This document shows positions 9,691 to 19,885 of a DNA stretch of 64,000 nucleotides, one piece after another. Each line of letters starts with the position of its first letter. Position 1 is the stretch's first letter. The position numbers were made by a program, and so were the translations under genes. The notes beneath the pieces were generated by a model that saw only the letters and a list, made by a program, of their open reading frames with translations, did no database searches and was not told the DNA's origin. The stretch is taken from positions 367,847-431,846 of the forward strand of contig PEZY01000012.1 of the NCBI GenBank assembly GCA_002773855.1, in the 5' to 3' direction. The stretch is from Candidatus Buchananbacteria bacterium CG10_big_fil_rev_8_21_14_0_10_33_19. Its GTDB lineage: Bacteria > Patescibacteriota > Patescibacteriia > 2-01-FULL-39-33.

Positions 9691-12600
9691 CTATTCCCAA
9701 GCTTCTAGCGGTTCACTGGTACTATACTCGACTGATTCAGGCACATCCTTAACGATATCAATATCTTTGAAGCCATTACTACTAAAGACATTGGAAGTTA
9801 CTAATCTTTTCGCATTATTTTCAATATACCAGATATCAGAAGAGTTAACATACTGAATAAGTGAACCATCGGGATACATTAAGGTATCGGCACTAATAGC
9901 ACAACTATCATCTCGAGTATAATCCGATTCAAACGAATTTTGAATTATAACTAATCTTTCCATCCATTTATCACCAAAGCCAAAAGTCGCTGGACAAAGC
10001 ACATCACCAGCTTTCACTACATAAATAATATTACTACCCTTGAACTGAATAAGCTTACTGCCAGGCCTAACTGTAACATTCTTAGCCACTGGGATAGCAT
10101 CAAATTCCGATTGTGTTACCACCTCGACTAAATGATCAGCCCAAGTGCCAGTTCGCCATGACCAAAAAGTTGGTGAGTTAACAAACAACCGTCTTTTACC
10201 ATCTATAGCTACATGATAAACTGCTGGATCATTAGCCACTTTAATTAACCTACCAGTATAAAATTTCTGTCTAATTAATTCTGTTTTAATAATAACGTTA
10301 TTAACAGTATCATCAGTATCAGTAGATGGAGCTCCAGCGCCTGCTGCTCCGCCACCAGCAGTAGCAGTACAACTAGTAGTTTCATTGGGCTTACCTTCTG
10401 GGATATTACAATTGTTAGTATCACTACATGACCTAGATTTAGAACTAGTAACACAGGCTGACCAAGAAGTGCACGTCCAATTAGGCGTACAAGTCACGCT
10501 ACAACCCTGAACCAAAGTTGGTTTGTCTAAAATAGTACCACAAGCGTTTGCATCAGTACAAGTTCTAGATTGAGAGCTACTGGTACAAGTTGACCAAGCA
10601 CTACAAGACCAATTTTCGATACAGGCTGGAGCAATGTCATACACTCTTTCCTTAACCACTTCAGCATTACCAGAAACATCACTAGCATAGAATCTTAAAG
10701 TTTTAGAAGTTGAAATAGCTAAAGCTGAATTATAAACAGCATTTGGTGTACAACCAACACCTAGACAATAATAAATAGTAGCTGGTTCGCTAGCCGACAA
10801 AGTTACTGATATAGCTGAGCTATAAGTACCACTAGCTTTAGAAGCAGTGGTCACTGGCTTAATCGTATCGGCAGCAGCGGAAGCGGTAGAAAAATAGCCA
10901 AAAACGGCCGCTGTTCTAGTTAAATCATCAATCACAAATTCACTGTATTTAGTAATATTAAAATTATCTAAGTATTTTCGGGCTGTTGGATAACCAGGGC
11001 TACCATAGTAAGCTGGATAAGCATTATCTAAAACCGCAATGTAATAACTCTTATATGGCAATGCATTAGCCGGACCATAAACACTAAACCCGGGTATTGG
11101 CTGAGCAATACCATCAAATTCAGACACTTTATTTAATGGATCAACTACCGGATTATCCCCAATGCCAGTAATAAACACTTTAGACAGTGGATTAGCTCCA
11201 AGTTGAAAATCTATATTCTGCTTAGCCCTATCTAAATAATAACTATTACCAGTTAGTTCATGGGCTAAAATGTAAATAAATGAATACCGAGTACTCATTG
11301 ACAATGTACCAAAGCCAACATTAATAAAATCTTTTTCGGCCACCTTATAATTCCACTGGTCTTCATCTTTCTTAAATTTATCCATTAGCTGACTAAAAGC
11401 TGTCATATAGACCGCTTTTCTCTCAGAATTAGCTCCAGCAATATTATAATAATCCCAACCTCGTCTTAGATTAGAAGCACTATAATAATAATCCGTTTTA
11501 GTCCAACTATTTAATTCATTGGTTGGAACCAAGTTAGTAAAAACATCCTCGTATTTTTGTTCGCCAGTTAAAGCATAAAGTTCTATAGCCGCCCAAGCTC
11601 TAGAATCTCTATTATCATTACTCCAATAACAACCAGAACTAACATCGGTTATACCTAAAGCCGGATTACCCTTAGGATTACAATAGGCCTCTTGTTCTGT
11701 TTTTGTAGTATATGGTGGCGGGTTTTGTTCTGGATGGGCTTCTAAGCATTGCCACGCCAGTAGCGCCTTGTCCCTATACCGCTGAGCATCCGTTGGGAAA
11801 AATGGTTGCATAATCCTAGCGGCTTTAGCTAATATGGCGGCGGCAAAACCAGTATCTTCTGTAGATTTAGTAATCACCCAGTGTTTTCTGGTGTCCAAAT
11901 CAGGCATTTTATCAGACCAAGTTTCAAAAGCCACTTTATTAAAAGTACAACCATTACTACTTACCATTTTAGCTATCCAATCTAACTCCCATTTAGACTC
12001 ATCCAATATATCTGGGACTCCATTATGACTCTCTGGAATATTTAATTGATTATCGGAAAAATGGGTTGGTACTATTTCATACATAGTGAAGTAATTATCC
12101 ACTGCTTCAGCCGCTGTTCTAATATATTTATTATAATCAGCCGCATCAAACCAACCACCAGTAAAGTCAGCTTGAGCACCAATTGGCTCGTTGGCATATA
12201 AATCCGGAGATTTATCTTTAATAGAATTATGATAATAACCAGCCGTTGGTTGAGCCGCTCCTCTGCTCCAAATACCGGCATATTGCGAGGTTAAGGCCAT
12301 GCCACTGCGCTGATAATACAGCGCTCTGGCTGTAGTGTAAAAAACATCATTATATATATTATCTCTAATATCAAAATCATAACTTCTACCAATACCATCT
12401 ATCTGTATATAATACGAACCGGGGGTTTCAAAATTTGTAAAATCCAAATACCACACATCCTCCCCAGTGAAAGGCCGAACGCTGTCATTAATATAAAAAT
12501 TATCTGATTCTGATGATTTTATTAAGGCTCCAGTCAAAACTACTTGACCAGTCGTTTTATTTTTAATCTTTGCTATTAGACCAGCGCTTAAAGTCATTTG

Positions 12601-13749
12601 TCCAGCGTCACCTAAGTAGTTACCCACATAAACCCGTTTTGGTGATTTTGGCAGATAACCAACTTGATTTACTTTAATACTAGAACTAATGTCATTATTA
12701 AAATCAAAAGAAAAATTAACACCTCCAACTTTAGGTAGATTACCTATTATATCCTTGACTTGTATAGAAAGGCTATAATTAGCATTGGAAGAAATTGGTG
12801 ATGCTAAATCTAAATAAATATAATCTTTTACCACAGGAGAAAATGAACTTCCGCTAAAATCAGTCACAAACCTCCTTATGCCCACTGAAGAAACATTTAT
12901 TTTACTATTGTCACTGGAATTCACCAGAGTATAATTGGCGACATTTCTAGCTGATGCGAAATTTAATTTTTCATCAATAGTTAACATTAGATTTTTACTG
13001 TCTAAAACCTCTATAGCCTCTACAACCAAACCTTGGGTGTCCTCTAGAGTAATATCATCAATATAAAAACTTTTTGGAGTTTGACTAGCAGGAACAGAAA
13101 AATAAATATTTCTAAAAGCTCCACCAAAATTACCAACAAAAGCACTGCCAGGTATTACCACTTGTCGATAAGTCCCATCTATGACGCCACCACTCACGTA
13201 GGGTAATATATTTAAATTTTGAGAGGCATCATTACCACCAGAATACTGAATCACTATATCTAATGTATTTGCATAAGTACCGGATGTTGTTCTAATCCAA
13301 AATTTAATAGAATCAACCTCACTAAAATTTAAAACGCCCTGGTTGCCATAACCCACGTCTAACCTTGATTTTGTATGATTACCATCAGGCATATCCATTT
13401 TTAAAGCCTTATTGCCTGTCTTAGATAATAATGGATCACTGATAACTGTCAAAGCGTAACCAGTTGTCAACGCTTCAAAATCCTTATCTTCTTCAAAAAT
13501 TACTTTTTTAACCTCATTTACACAAGAAGCCGAACAACCGTCATAGCTATCCACATTACCATCATCACATTGCTCTGCTAAATCAACTACACCATCACCA
13601 CAAGTAGTAGCCGCAATTGTGAAATCACCTAAAACCATCGATTTTGACTTTATTTTAAATAAAACAAAAATCAAACCCATTATACAAATAATTAATATAA
13701 ACAAAGTCAAGAAATATTTTTTTGATGGTCCTAATTTGAATGTTAGCAT
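9691..13749 (-). CDS. Giant membrane-anchored surface protein with a glycoside hydrolase family 9-like catalytic domain, Cys-rich repeats and a shared C-terminal module
   Basis: N-terminal signal anchor; CGDGVVD…CDDGN Cys-rich repeat; GGWFDAADYNKY resembles the GH9 GGWYDAGD signature, with Gly to Ala in the DAGD box; Fn3/CHB_HEX_C-like segment; two C-rich repeats; G/A linker; C-terminal ~130 aa homologous to the C-terminus of ORF 724-2904. Confidence 0.55.
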   Translation of the reverse strand: MLTFKLGPSKKYFLTLFILIICIMGLIFVLFKIKSKSMVLGDFTIAATTCGDGVVDLAEQCDDGNVDSYDGCSASCVNEVKKVIFEEDKDFEALTTGYALTVISDPLLSKTGNKALKMDMPDGNHTKSRLDVGYGNQGVLNFSEVDSIKFWIRTTSGTYANTLDIVIQYSGGNDASQNLNILPYVSGGVIDGTYRQVVIPGSAFVGNFGGAFRNIYFSVPASQTPKSFYIDDITLEDTQGLVVEAIEVLDSKNLMLTIDEKLNFASARNVANYTLVNSSDNSKINVSSVGIRRFVTDFSGSSFSPVVKDYIYLDLASPISSNANYSLSIQVKDIIGNLPKVGGVNFSFDFNNDISSSIKVNQVGYLPKSPKRVYVGNYLGDAGQMTLSAGLIAKIKNKTTGQVVLTGALIKSSESDNFYINDSVRPFTGEDVWYLDFTNFETPGSYYIQIDGIGRSYDFDIRDNIYNDVFYTTARALYYQRSGMALTSQYAGIWSRGAAQPTAGYYHNSIKDKSPDLYANEPIGAQADFTGGWFDAADYNKYIRTAAEAVDNYFTMYEIVPTHFSDNQLNIPESHNGVPDILDESKWELDWIAKMVSSNGCTFNKVAFETWSDKMPDLDTRKHWVITKSTEDTGFAAAILAKAARIMQPFFPTDAQRYRDKALLAWQCLEAHPEQNPPPYTTKTEQEAYCNPKGNPALGITDVSSGCYWSNDNRDSRAWAAIELYALTGEQKYEDVFTNLVPTNELNSWTKTDYYYSASNLRRGWDYYNIAGANSERKAVYMTAFSQLMDKFKKDEDQWNYKVAEKDFINVGFGTLSMSTRYSFIYILAHELTGNSYYLDRAKQNIDFQLGANPLSKVFITGIGDNPVVDPLNKVSEFDGIAQPIPGFSVYGPANALPYKSYYIAVLDNAYPAYYGSPGYPTARKYLDNFNITKYSEFVIDDLTRTAAVFGYFSTASAAADTIKPVTTASKASGTYSSAISVTLSASEPATIYYCLGVGCTPNAVYNSALAISTSKTLRFYASDVSGNAEVVKERVYDIAPACIENWSCSAWSTCTSSSQSRTCTDANACGTILDKPTLVQGCSVTCTPNWTCTSWSACVTSSKSRSCSDTNNCNIPEGKPNETTSCTATAGGGAAGAGAPSTDTDDTVNNVIIKTELIRQKFYTGRLIKVANDPAVYHVAIDGKRRLFVNSPTFWSWRTGTWADHLVEVVTQSEFDAIPVAKNVTVRPGSKLIQFKGSNIIYVVKAGDVLCPATFGFGDKWMERLVIIQNSFESDYTRDDSCAISADTLMYPDGSLIQYVNSSDIWYIENNAKRLVTSNVFSSNGFKDIDIVKDVPESVEYSTSEPLEAWE

Positions 13750-13767
13750 ATGATAAAACTATTTTAA

Positions 13768-15792
13768 TTACTGAACTATACCCTTGATTTTACCAAGAAT
13801 TGGATCATCAAAGCTAGTGGTAATAGCTTTAACATCCTTGGTAATTAATGTCCCTGTATTAGAATCTTTAGCCGATAAACTAATACCGGATAACAGTATT
13901 AATACTCGACCACGATCATTATTTGTTGGTTTAATATTAATATTAAATGATGCGATTACATCTTTAGCTGATCTTTTAAGGTTAGAAATATTCCAAATCA
14001 CTTCATTAGTAGCCGCATTATACGATAGATCGCCAATATCATGATTTTCCCGATTAGACCATGATACATTATTTGGCAATTTAGATCTAACCTGAACATT
14101 TTCTACGTCATGAAGGCTATTAGATAACTGTAAATAAATATTATAAGTTGACTCTTCACCAACTCTGGGCTCAGTTGGCCCAAGCCCTAGTGGGACGTTT
14201 TCTTCATCATAATACCTAGCCACTGCTTCAATGGCCAAATCAGAGTTAACTGAGTTAATAATTGATTTGGTAATAACAGAGGACTCTCCGGTTAACTGAC
14301 CTTTTTGATTAGCCTTAGCTTCAATATAACTTTCAACACTAAATTTACCAATTTTAGAATCACCCACAACCGAAGCATCACTAACTCTAATTTGCCACGA
14401 AATATCACCCTCTTCGTTAGCACCTAATTTTAGAAGTTTAGGCACATTTCGACCAATCCAAATAATAGAATTTTTATCAACAGTGCCATTGTTTTCATCT
14501 TTTAAGGTTGACCAATCAAGTATTTCTGAATTCAAAGTGGCTTTAATTTGAATATTTTCTAAACTTTCCTCACCTGTATTTTTGTAATGCAATGTGTACA
14601 CCAATAGATCACCCAAACCAATCGACTGATCTTCTGCTGAGCCGTTAGTAATTAATTGCAAACTTAGCTGATCTTTTATAACATTAGTTATCAAAGTCTC
14701 TTCATTTTGTGGGTAATAGTCATTATTGTAGTTCAATTGCATTCTAGCCACAAAATCCCTGTTACCACCAAATTCAGCTGTCGAATAGTTACCCTTAATT
14801 TTAATCTCCCCTTTTTCTCCAGCTTTTAACTCTTTTATATCCCAAATATCATTTGTTTCTTTGCTAGCTGCTGGTTCCGATGAACTAAACACAAAAGATT
14901 CTGAATAGTCCACTACTATTTGAATATCAGAAAAAACTTCTTCCGATAAATTTTCATACTTTAAAATATATTCCAAATCTTGATTGGCTAGTGCCTTATC
15001 TGGACCTTCAATATCTAAACTTAAAACTGATGAGGAAACAATTACATCAACAATAGTCTCTTGTTTAAAATTAGCATTTAAATTGGCTGGCTTAAAATTC
15101 AAAACTCCTCTAAAAGTTTGAGTGGAATTTAAAGCAGCAATTGTCTTACCTTTTAGTTCTATGGTTTTACTTTCACCAATGTTTAAAACGCTAAAATTCC
15201 ATTTATTGTTTTTATCACCACTAGCTTTTGGCAATGAATCAACATATTCAAAATTATCCGGATAAAAAAGCTCTAAATCTAAATTATAGAGGTTAACCTT
15301 TTCTTTATTAGTAATAGTAATTGTGTATAGTCCCTCTTGTCCAGACACAATAGTAATTGGCGTGTCTATTTTTAAACTTATTTTTTCATTGGTAAAATTA
15401 TTAGTTTCCAGTTTAGAAAAAACAAAAAATCCAGCCAAAGCCACTATTAAAAATACAGAAAAAACCCCAATCAATGAATACAAAATAGTTTTCCAAAGTG
15501 GTCGCTCGTTCTTTTCTAATTTAGTTAAATCTGGTATTGCTCCATCTTTATCAGTATAAACTTCAGTTAACTTTCTCTGTATTTCCACGTCACTAGCCGA
15601 ACTACTGCTAAATGTTTCCACAATCTTTCTTTTAGGCTTATTTTTTTTAGTAATCAAACCCGCTAAGTCATCTTGCATAGTATTTACAGATTTCTTTTTT
15701 TTGACATTAGATTTACTGATCTGTGCTTTTGTTTTTGATAATGACTTTACTTCTTCATCAAAATTTTCAGCTGGATAGTTTTGAACAGGCAT
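13768..15792 (-). CDS. Membrane-anchored extracellular repeat protein (hypothetical)
   Basis: Basic cytoplasmic N-terminus, single TM (LWKTILYSLIGVFSVFLIVALAGFFVF), long beta-rich ectodomain. Confidence 0.4.
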   Translation of the reverse strand: MPVQNYPAENFDEEVKSLSKTKAQISKSNVKKKKSVNTMQDDLAGLITKKNKPKRKIVETFSSSSASDVEIQRKLTEVYTDKDGAIPDLTKLEKNERPLWKTILYSLIGVFSVFLIVALAGFFVFSKLETNNFTNEKISLKIDTPITIVSGQEGLYTITITNKEKVNLYNLDLELFYPDNFEYVDSLPKASGDKNNKWNFSVLNIGESKTIELKGKTIAALNSTQTFRGVLNFKPANLNANFKQETIVDVIVSSSVLSLDIEGPDKALANQDLEYILKYENLSEEVFSDIQIVVDYSESFVFSSSEPAASKETNDIWDIKELKAGEKGEIKIKGNYSTAEFGGNRDFVARMQLNYNNDYYPQNEETLITNVIKDQLSLQLITNGSAEDQSIGLGDLLVYTLHYKNTGEESLENIQIKATLNSEILDWSTLKDENNGTVDKNSIIWIGRNVPKLLKLGANEEGDISWQIRVSDASVVGDSKIGKFSVESYIEAKANQKGQLTGESSVITKSIINSVNSDLAIEAVARYYDEENVPLGLGPTEPRVGEESTYNIYLQLSNSLHDVENVQVRSKLPNNVSWSNRENHDIGDLSYNAATNEVIWNISNLKRSAKDVIASFNINIKPTNNDRGRVLILLSGISLSAKDSNTGTLITKDVKAITTSFDDPILGKIKGIVQ

Positions 15793-15817
15793 GATAATTA
15801 TATATTAATATTGTAAT

Positions 15818-18616
15818 TTAATTTTTAAGACCCACAAAATAAAATAAATCTTTAGATATTTTTGAACTATAAACACTCTCATGGTCATTGTTTTGTACCT
15901 CACTAGGATAAGTGACGCCTACAGACACACTATTTGGATAATCTACTTTACTAACAAATTTATCATCACCACTACCAGATTGTTTTTGTATCAACAAACT
16001 ATAAGAATCACTAGAAATTTGTGATGCAAAGAGACTCTTAATTTTATTAACCAATCCAGGATCTGCTACCTCTTGTTTAGTAATATTAACTTTAAATGGT
16101 AATTTATAAACTAGTAACATCTCCTTAGACTCGCCTGGCTTAACAGTCACCCAATTAGCAAAAACCGTTTTATTACCCTCATTGTATATTTTAGTCAAAC
16201 TATCTTTATCAGTAATAGCTAATTTTTCATTTTCTAGTCTTTTATCTGGTTCTAAATACTCGTCTGGCTGTCTAAATTCTTCATAGTTAGGATAATTAAA
16301 TCCCTCAGCTTTAATTAATTGACTACCTAACGGCACATAAACTCTCATAAAACTGCGATTAGACACATTAGTAAAAACATCATCAACTGGTCCAAAATCG
16401 CTTCTATTTATCACTACACTATCAATGATCGAGCCGTCCTCAGCGATAGAAGCTTTATGATAAATTTCCTGATTAATAACATTATCAGTTTTACCACCAG
16501 CAATATTAGTAGCAACAACACTTAAATAATCCTTATTGGTATTTTTCACTCTACCGTCCCAATTATTTTCCGCCACAAACTTTTGTTCAGTTTCATTAAA
16601 CAAATATATCTGAATATCTTTATCTTTTAAGCCTTTACCAAAAGTATTAACTAAACTCAATACACTATCAGGTTCAATGTTAAAAATACCATCAATTAAT
16701 TTTGGTGCTAGATCGCCTAATATTTTTTTAGGCTCCTTCTTATTGGTGTATTCAATTTCTACACTTTTTTGTAGTTCAATTTCAAAATTAGATGACGAAA
16801 TTGTCTTATGATAATCAGGCATTTCAATTGGCCCGACAACATCCAATAAACTACCAAGCCAATCTGAATTAATAGCAATAACACCATCAATGGTAGCGCC
16901 ATCACTTTTATTATAAAAATAAGCAATATTATTGGCTGTAGTGGGAAAATCAGACCACCAATTAGAATCTTGAAATTCCCATTTGGGGTTTACCAATCTC
17001 AAAGGTTCTGGTGACTGTAATAATTCTGTTAGCCCAGCTCGTAAATCATAGGTGCCACCAGCTGGCATATTAATACCATCCAGATTACCATTTTTAAAAT
17101 CAGCCAAAGCTAAACTACCCATAAAGCCGCCGCTAGCCCTAAGCTCATTATCATTTTGAAAAATTATTAAATATTTTCTTAAGTCTCTTTCACCCAAAAA
17201 ATTAATAGCAAATTCCATAGTTTCATCTGACTTCTTTAGACTGGCAATAAATAGTGGCAAATTATCTTTGAGTTTAGAAAATTTTTCTCGATTATCCTCT
17301 GGTAAATGCTTAATATTAATTTTATTTAAATTATCCTCCGCTGCTTCCAATTGAGCCAATGCTTCCAAATTACTAGCTTTAAAATTTTTAATTCTAGATG
17401 ATAGGGAAAAATCAGATTGAGCAGAAAAATCATTCAAACCAGTAATTAAATACTCACCAGCCTTGGTTAATTTTTCGCCTAACTCCAATAAATTCTTGCC
17501 ACTTTTAAAAGTATTATTCACTGGGATAGTTGCAGCCAAGACAGTTAAAAAAGATTTAATTTCATTTAATTGATCCTGGGCTGAAATAAAATCAGCATTA
17601 GCGTCAACTATATGAGCCCGAGCATCTTCTAAATTAAGGTTAGCCAAATCATTTTGAACTGACTCTAAATTAAATAAAGCTTCTTCGGCTTGACCTAATA
17701 CCCGGCCCCTTGCATTTTGAGCGCTCTGTAAATAAAAGTACGACCTAAGTGGTACTGCGATTACTATAGCGATAGCAAAAAAAGCTAGCAGCGGTTTCAA
17801 AGAAACTCGACTAAGATTTAAACTATTTATCAAACTATAAAAATTAAAGCTATTTTTAGACTTATATTGTGAATAATCAATCTTCTCTTCCATCGCTTCA
17901 GTATTTGATATTGACTTTAAAGCTATAGATTTTTGCGGCTCAAAACCAAAAACTTCATCTTGTTTTAAATACTGTCTGATGGTTTTAGAATAAGCTCCAG
18001 CAAAAACACTAAAAACCAAATCAAATACACTACGTGCTTTAACTACTATAAAAACTATCAGGTTAACAACTGAGATCTCTTGCCAAACATCAGACCTATT
18101 TAAAGCCATGACTCTTCTAGATACCGGCAATTTAGGAGAAGTATCTATACGATAAAATATATTTTTAAATAACAAATTTAATCTACGCCAATTTTTCTTG
18201 AAAAAACTTATGATTTCGCTATTTTCAATAGACAATAAATCAAAAATTCCAATTTTTGCCAAAAAGTTACCGCCTGGCAAATCATTATAACTCAGACTTG
18301 CGGTGTTATCCAGAGACGGTCTAACTTTCTCTATGTATTTTTGAACTGATAAATTAAGTAAGTAAGGAGAGGAATATTGATCCAACGGATGATTAATAAC
18401 ATTAATACTAATATTATCACTAGGCATTGCTTTAATTGGAACATAAGAAAAATCATTTGATTTATCATAATCAAACATAACTACACCAAACGATTTATCA
18501 TCAGAGCCAACAAGTTTTTTGACTTTGTTAGATAGAATCGCCTTTTTTTTCGCAAGCCTTTTTTTAACCTTAGTTTTTAAAGTTTTTTTGGTTGCATTTT
18601 GTTTTTCTTGAGGCAT
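15818..18616 (-). CDS. Large membrane protein, possibly DUF4012-like (envelope polysaccharide locus)
   Basis: Lys-rich N-terminus, central TM, extracellular domain with RASGGFMGS…GVIAINSDWLGSLL segment; first gene of a GT/PGT cluster. The DUF4012 assignment is from memory and uncertain. Confidence 0.35.
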   Translation of the reverse strand: MPQEKQNATKKTLKTKVKKRLAKKKAILSNKVKKLVGSDDKSFGVVMFDYDKSNDFSYVPIKAMPSDNISINVINHPLDQYSSPYLLNLSVQKYIEKVRPSLDNTASLSYNDLPGGNFLAKIGIFDLLSIENSEIISFFKKNWRRLNLLFKNIFYRIDTSPKLPVSRRVMALNRSDVWQEISVVNLIVFIVVKARSVFDLVFSVFAGAYSKTIRQYLKQDEVFGFEPQKSIALKSISNTEAMEEKIDYSQYKSKNSFNFYSLINSLNLSRVSLKPLLAFFAIAIVIAVPLRSYFYLQSAQNARGRVLGQAEEALFNLESVQNDLANLNLEDARAHIVDANADFISAQDQLNEIKSFLTVLAATIPVNNTFKSGKNLLELGEKLTKAGEYLITGLNDFSAQSDFSLSSRIKNFKASNLEALAQLEAAEDNLNKINIKHLPEDNREKFSKLKDNLPLFIASLKKSDETMEFAINFLGERDLRKYLIIFQNDNELRASGGFMGSLALADFKNGNLDGINMPAGGTYDLRAGLTELLQSPEPLRLVNPKWEFQDSNWWSDFPTTANNIAYFYNKSDGATIDGVIAINSDWLGSLLDVVGPIEMPDYHKTISSSNFEIELQKSVEIEYTNKKEPKKILGDLAPKLIDGIFNIEPDSVLSLVNTFGKGLKDKDIQIYLFNETEQKFVAENNWDGRVKNTNKDYLSVVATNIAGGKTDNVINQEIYHKASIAEDGSIIDSVVINRSDFGPVDDVFTNVSNRSFMRVYVPLGSQLIKAEGFNYPNYEEFRQPDEYLEPDKRLENEKLAITDKDSLTKIYNEGNKTVFANWVTVKPGESKEMLLVYKLPFKVNITKQEVADPGLVNKIKSLFASQISSDSYSLLIQKQSGSGDDKFVSKVDYPNSVSVGVTYPSEVQNNDHESVYSSKISKDLFYFVGLKN

Positions 18617-18727
18617 TTAAAATTTATCTTTCAAAATGAATAAATTTTTATCTGTTTATGAGTATTATTATAACATAAAATAACTAAGTAAACCAAACTA
18701 AATTATCATAACTGGGGATAAAAAAAT

Positions 18728-18750
18728 AGACAGATCAGTGTGATCTGTCT
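18728..18750 (-). terminator. Terminator after glycosyltransferase cluster
   Basis: agacagatca-gtg-tgatctgtct perfect hairpin, A-tract upstream on the plus strand. Confidence 0.6.
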
Positions 18751-18768
18751 AAAGGTTAGTTTAAACGC

Positions 18769-19884
18769 CTACATTTGATATTGTTCTATGGTTTTTAAAG
18801 CACACTGATGCCAAGAATATTGTTTCAAATTATTATACCCTCTATTTCTCAAATCATCCATAGTTTGCTGATTACCTAAAACCTCAATAATCAACCTGGC
18901 TAATTCACTAGCATTATTAGGATTAAAATACAAAACACTATCACCTAAAATTTCTGGTAAACAGGAATTAAAGGAGCTGAGCACTGGCAAACCATAACTT
19001 TGAGCTTCCAAAGGCGGCAAGCCAAAGCCTTCTATTAGACTAGGAAAAATGTACAGTCTAGCTTCTCTATACAAGCAAGCTAGATCACTATCACTTAAAT
19101 AATCAGTCAAAATAACAGATTCATCCAAATCTGCTTTTTTAACCTCATTAGCTAGCTGACTGTAAAAATAATTTTTACTGCCAACTAATACTAATTGCAA
19201 AGTATTATTTACCAATAAAACTTGACCAAAGGCTTCAATTAATTTTTCTAAATTTTTATGAGGATAAGCCGAACCAACATATAATAAAAAATCTCTATTT
19301 ATACCCAAATCTTTCTTAATTTGATCACATTTAATCTGTCCAAGACTCGGCAAATCAACTCCTTCATAAGTAACTATTACTTTTGACTCTTTTATTTTCA
19401 ATAATTGAACAATGTCTTTCTTACTATACTCTGATACTGTAATTATTTTTTGAGCTTTATTGGCAATTATATTTATAATTAATTTATAAAAAAATAATTT
19501 TATTTTATAAATAACAATATTCTTAGTAGTAGCTCGGCTATTAGGATAATGAGAAATAATTAAATCGTGAATTGTCACTATGAACTGACTACGGTACAAT
19601 ATTGGCGCATTAAAATGAGTGAAATGTACCAAATCAAGTTGATATTTTTTTAATAAAAATGGAAATATAAATTGTTCACTAAAACCATAAACCTGAAAAT
19701 CAGCTAATACCTTAACGAAATGCTTACTATTTGGTTTATAACTATCAAAATTACTTTTTTGCAAAAAAACATAATACTGATTACTGCTATCAATAATTTC
19801 TAATTGCTTAATTAAATTTTCTATATAGCGTCCAATACCGCCATGTTTTGAGCCATATAGTCTAGCATCAATACCTATTTTCAT
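18769..19884 (-). CDS. Glycosyltransferase family 1 (GT4)
   Basis: EGFGLPPLEAQSYGLPVLSS motif of GT-B retaining glycosyltransferases. Confidence 0.75.
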   Translation of the reverse strand: MKIGIDARLYGSKHGGIGRYIENLIKQLEIIDSSNQYYVFLQKSNFDSYKPNSKHFVKVLADFQVYGFSEQFIFPFLLKKYQLDLVHFTHFNAPILYRSQFIVTIHDLIISHYPNSRATTKNIVIYKIKLFFYKLIINIIANKAQKIITVSEYSKKDIVQLLKIKESKVIVTYEGVDLPSLGQIKCDQIKKDLGINRDFLLYVGSAYPHKNLEKLIEAFGQVLLVNNTLQLVLVGSKNYFYSQLANEVKKADLDESVILTDYLSDSDLACLYREARLYIFPSLIEGFGLPPLEAQSYGLPVLSSFNSCLPEILGDSVLYFNPNNASELARLIIEVLGNQQTMDDLRNRGYNNLKQYSWHQCALKTIEQYQM

Positions 19885-19885
19885 G

